From positions 15,805,840-15,869,839 of the forward strand of contig CAVNZM010000001.1 of NCBI GenBank assembly GCA_963693365.1: DNA of 64,000 nucleotides. Direction: 5' to 3'. A program made the translations under genes and the position numbers. Below the pieces are notes generated by a model. The model was not told where the DNA came from. It ran no database searches and saw nothing but the letters and a program-made list of their open reading frames with translations. How positions within the stretch are numbered: position 1 is the stretch's first letter; each line of letters opens with the position of its first letter. Source of the DNA: Amoebidium appalachense. Taxonomy: Eukaryota; Protista; Ichthyosporea. Below, piece by piece: positions 1 to 25,293 of this stretch.

Positions 1-357
1 ACACATGAAGCCACAAGCACAAGCATACACACATTCACAGGCCAAACACAGCCTCAGCCACAGCCACATGCGCAGGCACGCACACATCAACATGCACACG
101 CACGGGAACACACACACACACCATAAAAGTAATAAAACAGGAGCAGCATAGGTATGCTTGGTGTCGTCAAAACACCCACCCAAGAGACATCATCCAAACA
201 TATACATTCCCACACACACCCACACCACACATGACATGCAAAAATAAGCACAAATTTGTGCAGTGAGCAAGCGCATCTCTAGGTGCAAATGCAAAACTTT
301 AGGGGCAAATAAGGCCACAATCGATAATGGTAAAAAAACATGTCCACGTTGTTGTTG

Positions 358-426
<69 letters not shown>

Positions 427-534
427 GACATAAACATGCAGCCACACACCCACCACCCACAAACATAAATGCACAGAAAAAAACCCACATGTGCACACAC
501 GCAAACACATGCACGTTCAAGCACACACAATAAA

Positions 535-589
<55 letters not shown>

Positions 590-1141
590 GCGCGCGCACA
601 CACAGCACGCGCACACACATACACAGTACGTGCACACACACACACACACACACCACCACACACACAGGCACACACAGACACACACACACACCCACCCATC
701 GGCACACACACACGCAAACACACGTAAAACACACACGCGCACACACACACACACGGACACACACAAACACACAACACGCACAAAACACATACATTCCGCA
801 AAACAAACACAACACACATCACATAGGGTCAGTAACAATCACCACTTATTTAACCCCGCTCTAACCCTCTACCTGCCAACCCAAATCAACACACGTCATC
901 TGAGTAATCCCACACACCCATATCCGGTGTGTCATACCAATCGCACCAAATGTTATGTCACCCCCACACCGTTGCCTCTATCATGCAGCATTCAGCCAGA
1001 CACACAGACACCCTGATAAGAAACCGTTCAATCACCACATGTGTCACATGTACTTGTCTTCCTAGTCAAAAGCTGGCAAACCCCCCCCCTCCTCCTCGCC
1101 CCGGTCACCCACTCTCCTTTCCTCCCCCCGTTTCTTGGTGT

Positions 1142-1172
<31 letters not shown>

Positions 1173-1416
1173 GGGGTTTGTATGTCCGGGGGGGGGGGGG
1201 GGGGGGGGGGGTTGTATGTCTGAGAGGGTTGGAATCATGGAAGCGGAGACATCAAAAGACAAAACACACACACAAAAAAATGGAGGCACAAGACACCCGA
1301 ACTGAGCCCATCACCAAAGATCATAAGGAGGGGGGAAGGGGGAGAGGGGGGGGGGGGGGGGGGGGGGGGGGAAGGGGGGGGGGGGGGGGGATGGCAGCAC
1401 ACACAAACATACGCAC

Positions 1417-14046
<12,630 letters not shown>

Positions 14047-15043
14047 GATGTCCAAGTTCCCGGCAGTCTGCCTGCCTGGAAAAACGTTAGTCCTCTGCTG
14101 GCTTGTCTCCGAACCTTTCTGTCTCTCAAGCGAGCGAGAAAAAGGGAGATGAAGGGACGGAACGCGGGAGGGAAGGAAGGGGAAGAGGAAGGGGGGTTTT
14201 TTTTTTTTTTGGGGGGGGGGGGGGGGGGGCGAGGAGGGGAAGACGGAGGGAGGGGGGGGGGGGGGGGGAGAGGGGGGGGAGAGGGAAGGGGAGGGAGGGG
14301 GGGGAGGACTAATGGAATCAAACAAAACTTCGAGGAAAAGCGGGACTCTCTTGTCTGTATGTTCTGGCTATCCAAAAGAGCAAACTTTTTCCAACCGGCA
14401 CTTGCTTGACCAATTCAGCAAAGCCTACGAAAAGAACGTCCAATCTGGACATAGCAGCGTGAATCGCCCAATAATAGTGATTCCCCCGAGCTTTCTGAGC
14501 TCTGAGCTTAGCGTCAACACATAAACATCTCTTGTTTTTGTGATACCGAGCTCAGTCTTCCGGGTGTACCCTATACCAACTGGGACCAATGTCAAAGTGC
14601 TTCAGCAGCAACATCCCACGTACCTTGAACGTGTATCAAACGGCCTGTAGTCTGTGCAGTTGGATCTTAGGAGCCTGGATCATAAAAGTGGGTGAATTCT
14701 AAAGACCAAGAACCCTCAACTCGTTTCCTGGTGCGTGAGCAAAACAGGAAATGCCAGGACCACCAGGTCTGCAACTTTTACGCAAAAGCGCGAAGAAAGG
14801 TTCTCTTGTGACAAAAAAGGGGAGACTGGGGTGAAAGAGAAACGTCATGAAATTTGAAGGGATATTCTGAAGGCGAGCACCCCAACTCTTTACAGCTATC
14901 CCCTGAACCTCGTCAACCTGTAGCTGTAGGTTCACTCGTTCCGAGTCTGCTGGGCCGGCGACGGCAGTCTGTTTAACCTTACGTAAGGTGGTGCTAATAT
15001 ATCCAATTAAAATAAATACTTGTATTCATTGGCTACACATCAC

Positions 15044-15372
15044 CAGAGATGGAGCGGTCTGGTCTAGTCAGCCCGGACTAGCCCGAAAAGCATTCGGGTT
15101 GGGGCTGACTAGCCCAGCCCGAAAACTAAACGGGTTGGGCTAGGGATGTTTGGGCTGGGACCCCCCTTTAACCCCCCCCCTCACCACTATATAGCAAACC
15201 CCCAGGAGACCAAAACCCCTCCTAAAACCCCCTCCTTATATGTTGTTTGCGAAAACAGACCTGCCATATATGGTAGGTCAGCTGGCCCAACCCAACCTAT
15301 TTCCAGCCCGAAACCTTTGCGGGTTGGGCTGACCCAGCCCAGACCGGCCCAAAACCCGCCGCACCATCTCTG
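15044..15372. mobile_element. Non-autonomous hAT-type MITE (329 bp)
   Basis: TIRs CAGAGATGGAGCGG / CCGCACCATCTCTG (13/14 match); perfect 8-bp TSD CACATCAC at 15036-15043 and 15373-15380; subterminal AGCCCG/CGGGTT/GGGCT repeats; no ORF. An 8-bp TSD with short TIRs starting CAG is typical of hAT. Confidence 0.85.
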
Positions 15373-15656
15373 CACATCACTCGATGAAATATTCAAATGG
15401 CTCACTGGGCCTTTTTTTTTTTTTTTTTTTTTTCATCCGCCGACCAACGCACTCGATCTGTGGCACAGGCCCTCCCCTTGAACGTATACGTGTGGTCGTG
15501 GCAAGTACATAAGGAGTAGCTGTTAAAAATACATCTTTAGTCGTAACTACAAATCCTCCAAACTTGAGGTGAAGGTCCTAATCTCACACTTGTCCTTCTG
15601 TGTCCCTCTTCTCGGCTCACATGCTTGTTCTCCCATCCGAATCCCACTACGCCAAC

Positions 15657-16704
15657 ATGAGCGATCCAGCCTCTTACTGCCGGACCGTTCCCGGCGTAGC
15701 CACACGTGACCACAGACTCGAGCTTCCTCTCGACTATTCCAAGCCGGATGGAAAGAAGATAACTGTGTTTGCACGGGAGGTTCTTGACGGGCGCAAGTTC
15801 GAGACAAGGGATGATTTGCCATGGATCGTGTTTTTCAATGGCGGACCAGGTTACGAGAACAGCAGGGTGGATGGGCAGCCGTTTGGGTGGATAAAGAGGC
15901 TGCTCCAGGAGTACCGCATATGTAGGTGACCCTACCAAAAAAGAAAAATCGAGGACTTACTTTGTGTTTTTATCCATTGTTTTCCCCCTTGTTCCTCTTT
16001 TTTTTTCTTCCATTATTTTTCTCTCCGAGTCACCCTGCCCTCCCAGGTTCCACCGCCAACCCCCTCAGTCATCCATGTAGACCAGACCACACCCGCACAC
16101 CCATCTTTATCCCCATACCAACCCGTCCGCATGCATGTACTAGCCTTGTTGTGTTTTTTGAATCTCTGTGTTGCCGTGTGCCTTCATTTTAACTGTGCGT
16201 GGGTACGGGTGTACTTGAGTGAACTGCAGTAGTTGCGCATGATCTAGCTATGGATCTTGCCGTTTCCATGTATGATATATTCCATACTATTTGCACAATT
16301 AATGCTATGGAAGTTCACTAAAAACCATCTTCTTTTGGTTGTGCCGGGCTGAAAGTGAACCCCGGGTACAAGTGAAATACCAGCGCCTTCGAGTCCAGAC
16401 AACATCCCTTACTAAATTGACATCCATTCTCTTTTCCCCCAGTGTTTCTTGACCAGCGCGGTACTGGCCTGAGCACACCCGTTACCCTCAGCACCCACAC
16501 CCATTTCGAGAGTTCCGCCGCCTTTGCCGAGTACCTCACACATTTCCGCCAAACCAACATCGTGCAGGATGCAGAGCAGTTTCGCCTGCAGGTTGCCGGA
16601 GGGAAGAAGTGGGGTATTGCCGGCCAGAGTTTTGGCGGGTGGTGCATCACAACGTACCTGTCGTTTGTCCCTGACAGTGTGGCCTTTGCACTCATAACTG
16701 GTAG

Positions 16705-16750
<46 letters not shown>

Positions 16751-17036
16751 ATACACACACACGCACACACAACAACAACAACAACCACCAACACGCACAC
16801 GCACACACACACCACCACCACCCAGTACCGTTATCTTGCCGCAGCAATTTGTATTGATGTGGTTCTGTAATGTCAGCTTAGTGATCTGGTTCCCACTACA
16901 ATCGTGACGTTTAAGCTTCGTTGACAAATATGTATGAACGGTTCTGTTCACATGACTGTTGTGTCTGAGCACGAGCTTACACACAAAGTTCATATGCACC
17001 TGGCTGCGTTTCTATCCACCCACCCCGCTTCCCTCC

Positions 17037-17067
<31 letters not shown>

Positions 17068-17314
17068 AAAAAGAAAAGAAAAGAACAAACACACAGGCAT
17101 ACACACTTCTCCTACACACACACACATGCACACGCACACACACAGACACACACACACACACACGTACATACAAACACACACAAACACACACACACACATT
17201 GTCATTGGTCCTACTTCTCTGTTGTGCCTCATTCTCATGCCTCCCTCCCCACCCATCATCCATCCCTTCTCAGACCCACAACCACATTAAACACACACAC
17301 ACACACACACACAC

Positions 17315-17382
<68 letters not shown>

Positions 17383-18499
17383 GGCACCCAACCCCATCGC
17401 CCCCCAACACACAAGCACATACAAAAACACATACACAAACACAAACACACACACCAAACACAAACAGCCGGCCTCCCGCCCGCCCTGCGCACCATAGAAG
17501 AAGTCTACCAAGCCACCCACAAAACCGCCATGAGAAAGAGCAATCGCTACTACGAGATGTTTCCAGAAGATGTTGCCGCTGTCAAAGAAATTATCTCCTA
17601 CCTCAGTGAAAACAAATTCATTCTCTCAAACGGCGACCATTTGACCCCCCGCCGTTTCCAACAGCTGGGATTCTTTTTCATCGGCGGGATAGACACAGCA
17701 TTTCCATCCCTCCATTTCATCATAGAACGTGCGTGGGAGACCGCCCCAGACGGGAAGAAATACCTCACCCCATACTTTCTCCAAGCCGTTCATGCGCGAA
17801 TCAACTTCGAAACCAACCCTCTTTACATGCTCTTGCATGAGGCGATTTACGCAAACGGTCCCGGTAAGTCAACAAATTGGGCCGCTAATCGTGTACGGCC
17901 CAACGAATTTGACCCGGCCACAAACACTGTGAGGGTTAACTTTACGGGCGAGACGGTGCACCCGTGGATATTTGACGATGTTGCTGCTTTCAGGCCTATG
18001 AAGGTAACACAAAAGCTCTCTCTCTTCCCCACCCACCCCCCACCTCACATACACACACAAATACACACACGCACATTCCTCCCTCCGTCGCCTCCCCCCT
18101 CCCCCCCCCCCTCCCCCCTCCTCTTCTCCCCTTTGTCCCACTGTCCATTAGAAGGTCTAGGCTCGGCAAGCTAAATGCTACAACCTGGCATGAGGCTCCC
18201 GTCTACCTATTCATATCCCTCCCGCCTCTCCCCCCTCTCCGTCCTTCTTTCGCTGTCTCTGTCTCTCTCTCTCTTTCTCCAACACCCCCCCCCCCCCAAA
18301 CACACACACACCCACCCGCCAGCGCCCCCTCTTGAGGATTGGTTCTGCATGTGTTGAGTAATCTCCCTTGTGTAGATGGTCTGGCCACCAAGCCGAACAT
18401 CATTTATTGGACATCTTTGGAATGTTTGCACGGTGTCTTAAACATCGGCTTGCATCGATAAACTCTGCGGTCCATATCGTACCCTAATCCCCCCTTCCG

Positions 18500-18535
<36 letters not shown>

Positions 18536-19072
18536 GCTCTCTCTGTCCCCCCCCCCCTCCCCCTCCCCCCACCCCCTCCACACGCACACACATCCGCACA
18601 GTTACCCTCGATCACACCTACACAGAAACACACACACATCACCTCCACCACCCATACACGTCTGCCCATGCATGATCACGTACACTTATGCACAACCGCA
18701 CACACACTTACACGTTCACACATGTACACACACGTACACACACACACACGTACTCGCACACACACACACGTACACGTACATATGCACACACACACACAGG
18801 AAGCGGCCGAGATCCTTGCATCCAAATCCGACTGGGAGCCACTCTACGACCTCGATCAGTTGCGCAAAAACACCGTCCCCATAGCGGCCGCCGTCTACTA
18901 TGAAGATTTGGCCGTCACACGTGAATTCTCCGTCGAATTGGCGGAGTTAATGCCAAACTGCAAGGTGTGGATCACGAACGAGTACGAACACAGCGGGTAT
19001 CGTGTGGACGGTGATAGGATTATGAGTAGGTTGCTGGCTATGGTGAACAACACGGAGTATTTTGCTTGGTAA
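15657..19072 (+). CDS. pip: Proline iminopeptidase (prolyl aminopeptidase, peptidase S33, alpha/beta hydrolase), 4 exons
   Basis: Exons 15657-15921, 16443-16700, 17468-18003, 18800-19072, phases consistent. Motifs [40 protein letters not shown] (catalytic Ser), [38 protein letters not shown]. Alternative in-frame ATG at 15621. Confidence 0.93.
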
Positions 19073-19494
19073 TGGGTCCAAACACACTTTTTTTATAATA
19101 AAAAAAGACGTAGTAACGGGTAAAAATATGGGAGTATGTTGCGTGACGTAACAGTTGAAATTTTACGGATTTTTTGTATGGTACTGATGGGCTCGGTGAG
19201 AGTGGATGATGGTAGGTTGATGATGTAACGAAAAATGGAATTAGGAAAACGTTGGGGTGCTGGTCGGTCTAGTATAATACCTTGTGTTTATTATAAAGCT
19301 ACCGGTTGGTGTTTTTATCTAATTGGAAAAGGCTTGGGCAACCCTTTTACTCAATTAAGAAGGGGTGCACGCGGGAGGAATGCCTTGCTGGACTCTATTT
19401 ATATGGAAACCCTTGCTGGTAATCCCGATGGTGTTTTGTTTGATTTCAACCTGCCGTTCCTTGGGTCAACGTTAGTCTCCTTACAATATTTTTT

Positions 19495-19497
<3 letters not shown>

Positions 19498-19540
<43 letters not shown>

Positions 19541-19542
19541 GG

Positions 19543-19573
<31 letters not shown>

Positions 19574-20080
19574 TACATTTCGTGGTGGTACATTTATCAT
19601 AACGGTTCCGGGTGGTGTTACCCTTTTTCCTGTTGTTACCTTTGTGATTGCGTTTGGCCGTCCAAATTTTACTGTATTTTAAGCTATTCGACGGATTTGT
19701 CATAACAACATATTGACACCGGCCACACCTTTTGGAGTGCAAATATATTCGTCATGGCATTGACCGCAGAATCCAAAATTTTCGCATGTTGTCTGTGATC
19801 ACAATGTAACCGGTAACACCCCCCTCCCCCCCCCCCCCCCCCCCCCCCCCCCCGCCCTCCCTCAATCCCTCCCCTTCCCTCCTCCGCCTCCTCCGTGCGA
19901 ATGCTAGCGGTCTGGAACTCTTGATTTCAGGCCAATAATGTTATGTGGTATGGTAGAGTTTGAACGCCAATAGTAGCTATAGTATTACTACTGTTTTCTA
20001 GCTAATAGCTCCTGTTAATGCAGTCAAGTCCCCTTACACAGTGCTACACCATCCGCACCAACACTCAGGACGGGAACTTA

Positions 20081-20130
<50 letters not shown>

Positions 20131-20671
20131 GGGGAGGGGGGGGGGGGGGGGGGGGGGGTACATTTCGTGGTGGTACATTTATCATAACGGTTCCGGGTGG
20201 TGTTACCCTTTTTCCTGTTGTTACCTTCGTGATTGCGTTTGGCCGTCCAAATTTTACTGTATTTTAAGCTATTCGACGGATTTGTCATAACAACATATTG
20301 ACACCGGCCACACCTTTTGGAGTGCAAATATATTCGTCATGGCATTGACCGCAGAATCCAAAATTTTCGCATGTTGTCTGTGATCACAATGTAACCGGTA
20401 ACACCCCCCCCCTCCCCCTCCCCCCCCCCCCCCCCCCCCCCCCCGCCTCCCTCAATCCCTCCCCTTCCCTCCTCCGCCTCCTCCGTGCGAATGCTAGCGG
20501 TCTGGAACTCTTGATTTCAGGCCAATAATGTTATGTGGTATGGTAGAGTTTGAACGCCAATAGTAGCTATAGTATTACTACTGTTTTCTAGCTAATAGCT
20601 CCTGTTAATGCAGTCAAGTCCCCTTACACAGTGCTACACCATCCGCACCAACACTCAGGACGGGAACTTAA
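19498..20671. repeat. Near-identical ~585-590-bp tandem duplication
   Basis: Units 19498-20081 and 20082-20671. Visible differences are microsatellite/homopolymer tract variation and tttgtgatt vs ttcgtgatt. Confidence 0.9.
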
Positions 20672-20787
20672 CCAAACGGAGCACGTTCCATGTTTCGTGG
20701 AGCAAACTTGCCAAGTGGGGATATGTGCCCAAAAAAGCCTTGGATGGTTGTGCGTGTGTGACCGGTCTGTACATGTGTGCGTGTCAC

Positions 20788-20829
<42 letters not shown>

Positions 20830-20941
20830 ATGTGTGTGCGTCACGGTGTATGTGACGATGACAGTGTCACAGTGTGTGTGTACGTGCGTGCAATGTGTGG
20901 GTGTCTTATGTGCGTCACGGTGTGTGCATGTGTGTCACGGC

Positions 20942-21049
<108 letters not shown>

Positions 21050-21244
21050 TGTGTGCCTCTGTGTGTGTCTCTGTGTGTGTGTGGTGCGACGGTTTGTGTG
21101 TGTATGTGTGTCTGTGTCTGACCTGTGTGTGTGTGTTAGGCGTGTGTGAGTGTGTAGTGTGTGCGTGTGCGTGTGCGTGTGCGTGTGCGTGTGCGTGTGC
21201 GTGTGCGTGTGCGTGTGCGTGTGCGTGTGCGTGCGTGTGCGTGC

Positions 21245-21295
<51 letters not shown>

Positions 21296-21317
21296 GTGTG
21301 TGTGTGTGCACGTGTGT

Positions 21318-21362
<45 letters not shown>

Positions 21363-21384
21363 TTTGTTTTTGAGTTGCGCCGAT

Positions 21385-21640
21385 ATGAACCTCATTTATT
21401 TACTTTGTTGCGTCAACAACTTGCCAATGACTGCTCAATACAGTGACACCGTGATCTAGATAAAGGCTTCCGTACCGAATGATTGTACTGTACACCTTGC
21501 CAAGAGTACCGTGAATACATGTATAGTTGTCGAATTTTCCACTCACTCTGACGCCAATGATTGTGTATGTAACCCGTTTCAAAAGTGGTGTACATGTGGG
21601 GAGAAGTACGAGGAGAGTGTGCGACTAAATAAATACGAAT
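21385..21640 (+). pseudogene. Possible degenerate RRM-like coding fragment with in-frame TAG
   Basis: One frame reads [60 protein letters not shown] resembles RNP2 and IVVEF...DA resembles RNP1. Stop at 21457-21459. Confidence 0.3.
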
Positions 21641-22233
21641 GTTTTTTTATATTATTTTTTATTTTATCCCGTTCACTCCTGGCGAGGCACTGCCTCAGGG
21701 ATCTTACCATCTTCCGCCTAGACACAGATCGTACTCTTAAGGGGATCCCCTTGCTGTGATTTTTGGAAATTCCACGCATTCGATTGGATACCGGTTATCC
21801 AATCGAAGAGGTTATATTGAATTGAATCTAAAATAAATAGACTTGTTTGGTTAGTCAAGATCCGGTATTACCATTGGCTGTAGGAATCACGATTTTGGCC
21901 GCGGAGACCCACAGTCGTGATTTCGGGGCCGAAAAGTGCCTGTAAATTTTAGTAGCCTATCGAAAGTACATCATAAATTGGCTTGTATCACACGGTGTCG
22001 ACGGCAGCCACACACAGGCTTTCCCGCCAAAGTTTGGCGCAGAGAGCTCGGAGAGTTCCCGGCCGAGGACGGCGCCCTGCCGGCCCGCCCTGCGGCGCCT
22101 GGAGCGCCCGGCGGTGGTTGCCTGCACCCCAGGGGGAGCATGGGGGGACGCAGGGGAAAAGAAATGACAGTAATAAAACAGGAACTAGTACACCTCATTT
22201 GTTCATCACATCTTTTTTCAAACATGTTCGAAC

Positions 22234-23368
22234 ATGGCGGACAAGAAAGGTAGGAAGAGAGTACAAAAACGCTCAGACAATGCTACCAAGCTCACAAAGA
22301 AACAGCTACTAAAACTGCTAGCTGAACGCAAGAGAAAGAATAACGTCGAAGAAGAAAACAACACAGACACTAGTGCAGAGGATACACAACGGGAAACCAC
22401 ACAGGAACAGAGCGAGGTTAGCTCAAACAGTCAGGAAAGCACCCATAGTGAGACCAGCGTTAATACTGGGGGAGGGGGGGTATCACCCCCTTCCCCCGCC
22501 CATAGTAGCCCCAATAGCCCTAGTGTAGGTAAAAGCGAATCGGAGGAAGAATGCACCCCCCCCTCGCAAAAAGCATAGAGCAGAGCTTGAAGCTACAAAC
22601 ACACATGCAAACACACCCACACCCACAACCACACCACGGAACGACCCCGCAGAGGGAGCAGCACAGCATGCTGTCGAGTTTGAAAATCATAGCGACGATT
22701 CCCACTCAGGTAGTGATGGCTATGACAGCAGCAGCGATGCTGAGGATGCGGGCAAGGAAAGCGGTAGCAGTGTTGGGGGCTACAAGTCCATAGGCTCTAG
22801 TGACTATTCAGACGCCGTTCCCCTCAGAGTGATGGTCCGCCTTAGCGAACGTAGGGGTTCTCTGGGGACCGAAAATGACCCACCCGCAGCTAGCATCGAC
22901 CCGGTTGATGCACAAAACGCGAGTGCACAAGAAACAGAAACCACAGCCCCACTATCTATAAATCCGGATGCAACCACCAACCCCACCAGCTCACCAACCC
23001 GAGGCTTACCCCCTAAAAAACCACGTATGCCACGCACACACCCAGATGAAAGCATAATCGAAGAGGGGCTCAAGTTTTCTAATGCTGGTCTTGATGGGAA
23101 ATCGATAAAGCCCATGTACATACTCCAACACGTAGACATTTTCATACAGACCATTTGTGACAACATGCTTTGTAAACATTGTCAAAAACCATACACGAGA
23201 CGATCCGCACATGCGAGACGGACACGGGTACCCTTGGGCAAACCCTTGACCTCGATGCTTGCAACGCGGTACAACACAAAACGCCTGTTTAGGGACGAGA
23301 CCACCAACAGGCATACCATTCGGATTTATGTAGTGACGGTACTTGTAATAAAAAACTTCATCTTCTAG
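22234..23368 (+). pseudogene. Intronless unknown ORF (basic NLS-like N-terminus, S/T/E-rich middle, CxxC near C-terminus) with one frameshift
   Basis: ORF 22234-22578 joins the frame of ORF 22829-23368 if one C is removed from the C8 run at 22556-22563, giving ECTPPRKKHRAELEA... open to 23368. Confidence 0.45.
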
Positions 23369-23476
23369 TGCAGCTATATCTCGCACCTCTTGAACGAGTG
23401 AGTGTTCGCACGCACAATACAGCTCGGGCGTCCCTTGACAGTCAGGGCAAACGGCGAACTCGTCGTTCTCACTCAT
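23006..23476 (-). CDS. Hypothetical Cys-rich protein (156 aa), antisense-overlapping the previous ORF
   Basis: ATG-initiated, non-repetitive ORF with CPDC..YCAC and C..PRC..CPSRMC clusters; no recognisable family. Confidence 0.3.
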   Translation of the reverse strand: MSENDEFAVCPDCQGTPELYCACEHSLVQEVRDIAALEDEVFYYKYRHYINPNGMPVGGLVPKQAFCVVPRCKHRGQGFAQGYPCPSRMCGSSRVWFLTMFTKHVVTNGLYENVYVLEYVHGLYRFPIKTSIRKLEPLFDYAFIWVCAWHTWFFRG

Positions 23477-23888
23477 ATTTACTTATTATGTGCTTGTGCG
23501 CGTTTGAACAACAAAGAAAGTGAGCATTTCTGGGCGTGTCACGCCTTTTGTACCCTCACGTCGCGAGGAGGAACTTCGAGGAGGGTAAACAAATCAAGGG
23601 GAACAATGTTCCCTCTGGCGTTCACTATGACAAGAGCCCCAGGCAGTTGAGACGTGCCCAGTAGCGTTGATATAATACACATATGTATAAGCCATAAAAC
23701 AATAAGTAAACGCTTCATTGGTAAGGTAAAGAATCAATATTCATGCATATCATATATGATGGCCGTATGAATTCGTACTTCTTCTTCCTATGCACCGCCG
23801 AGGCCGGAGGGTGTTGCTCTACCTAGCTCCAACTACAGCCCTGCCTACCAAGTAGCCTGGAAACCACATAGCGCATGACAATAATCCA

Positions 23889-24635
23889 ATGGCAGATAGC
23901 CCTTTTATGGTCCCTAGTGGACTAATTGGAAAAATGGCATATCGCTAATATATTTGCCATGAAAAGCCTTACTATACTCTAAAATTGAATAAAGATATAC
24001 ATATAACCACGTTTTTACCGACAGGTACTACACAACAGCGCCTTGGTTTGTATAACTCACAGGAACACGAAGGATTACATCTATGTAAAGCCCAATCAAA
24101 TCTTCCTGTTGATCCAGCATTTCGGCGCCAAAAAACCTTATTGCGCGATCTGATTGGCTTTGCGAGGTCAACTGGCGGGAAAGCGAATGCGTGTACAGCC
24201 AATCACACGAGACTGGCGTGCACTGAATTTTGGGTGGTCGCAGAGTAGGGCAAACACACGCCGTACGGCTGGAAAGAGGCCTCTGCGAACCAGATGCAGA
24301 CCGTAAACCTATCCAAAACCCAGGAAAGTGGGGTTGGAAATTCACCACTTAATATCCCCCTCCGGCGGTCGTTCCCCGTTTCCCTTCCCGACGCCCCCTT
24401 TGATACCCTTACTATACAGCACCCACCGTCTATTAGGAAGCAAGCCCTGGGAATTTTGCTGAAGGAAAATGACATTCGTACGCCTTTAGTATATATTAAA
24501 ATAAGAATTACCAAGGCTGTAGGTGCTCCTTACGATTTTTTTTTCGAGGTGGATCTGGTTCCTAGAAAACCAGCTGTGGTCATTACGCTATACACGCCGG
24601 CCGCGATCTATTGGTTGAGGCGATCATCTCTCTAA
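23889..24635 (+). pseudogene. Intronless unknown ORF broken by two in-frame stops
   Basis: Single frame from ATG 23889 to TAA 24633-24635, interrupted only by TAA 23946-23948 and TAG 24246-24248. Confidence 0.4.
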
Positions 24636-25057
24636 GTGCGGCTCACTAATAGCCGGCCCAAATCGTCGCTTGATTGGATCAAAGTCACGCTCTTATTTTA
24701 TTAATAAATCCGGAGATATATGACCCGAAAACCCACCCAGTAGATCCCCTTAAGTCAGGATTCTAATTGACCCCAACTGGCATAAAACTGATCTCGGCGG
24801 AGCCTCGATCTGTGGCCCAATCTCCATACGAGGCAGTGGGGAAGCGTAGCGCGCGCGCGCGTGTGTGTGTGTGTGCGTGTGTGGGGGAGGTGAAGGAGAG
24901 GCGGGTTGGGGGAGGAGGTAGAAGAGGTATCGGGTAGGGAGAGGGAAGTTGCATGTGTGTGTGCGGGCGGGGGAGCTACCATATGAGAGGAGTTAGGCAC
25001 TTATGCAGTGCAGGTGTGTTGATTTGTGTGTGTTGGGTGTTATGGGTGTGTGTGTGT

Positions 25058-25104
<47 letters not shown>

Positions 25105-25131
25105 GGGGAAGGGGAAGGGGAGAGGATGCAG

Positions 25132-25181
<50 letters not shown>

Positions 25182-25259
25182 TGTGTGTATTGTGCACACG
25201 TGTGTGTGTGTGTGTGTGTGTGCGTGCGTGTGTGTCTGCAGTGCGTGTGTGCGTGTGTG

Positions 25260-25293
<34 letters not shown>

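Noticed and set aside
14400-14990. Coding-looking minus-strand frame upstream of PAP
   Set aside because: Multiple stops and no recognisable motif.
15657-19072. Recent bacterial HGT of pip
   Set aside because: The gene has three host-style introns and this S33 subgroup is known from other eukaryotes; needs a phylogeny.
21830-24710. Terminal inverted repeats bounding the ORF island (acgattttggccg vs cggcccaaatcgt)
   Set aside because: Only a 12/13-bp match, no extension and no TSD found.
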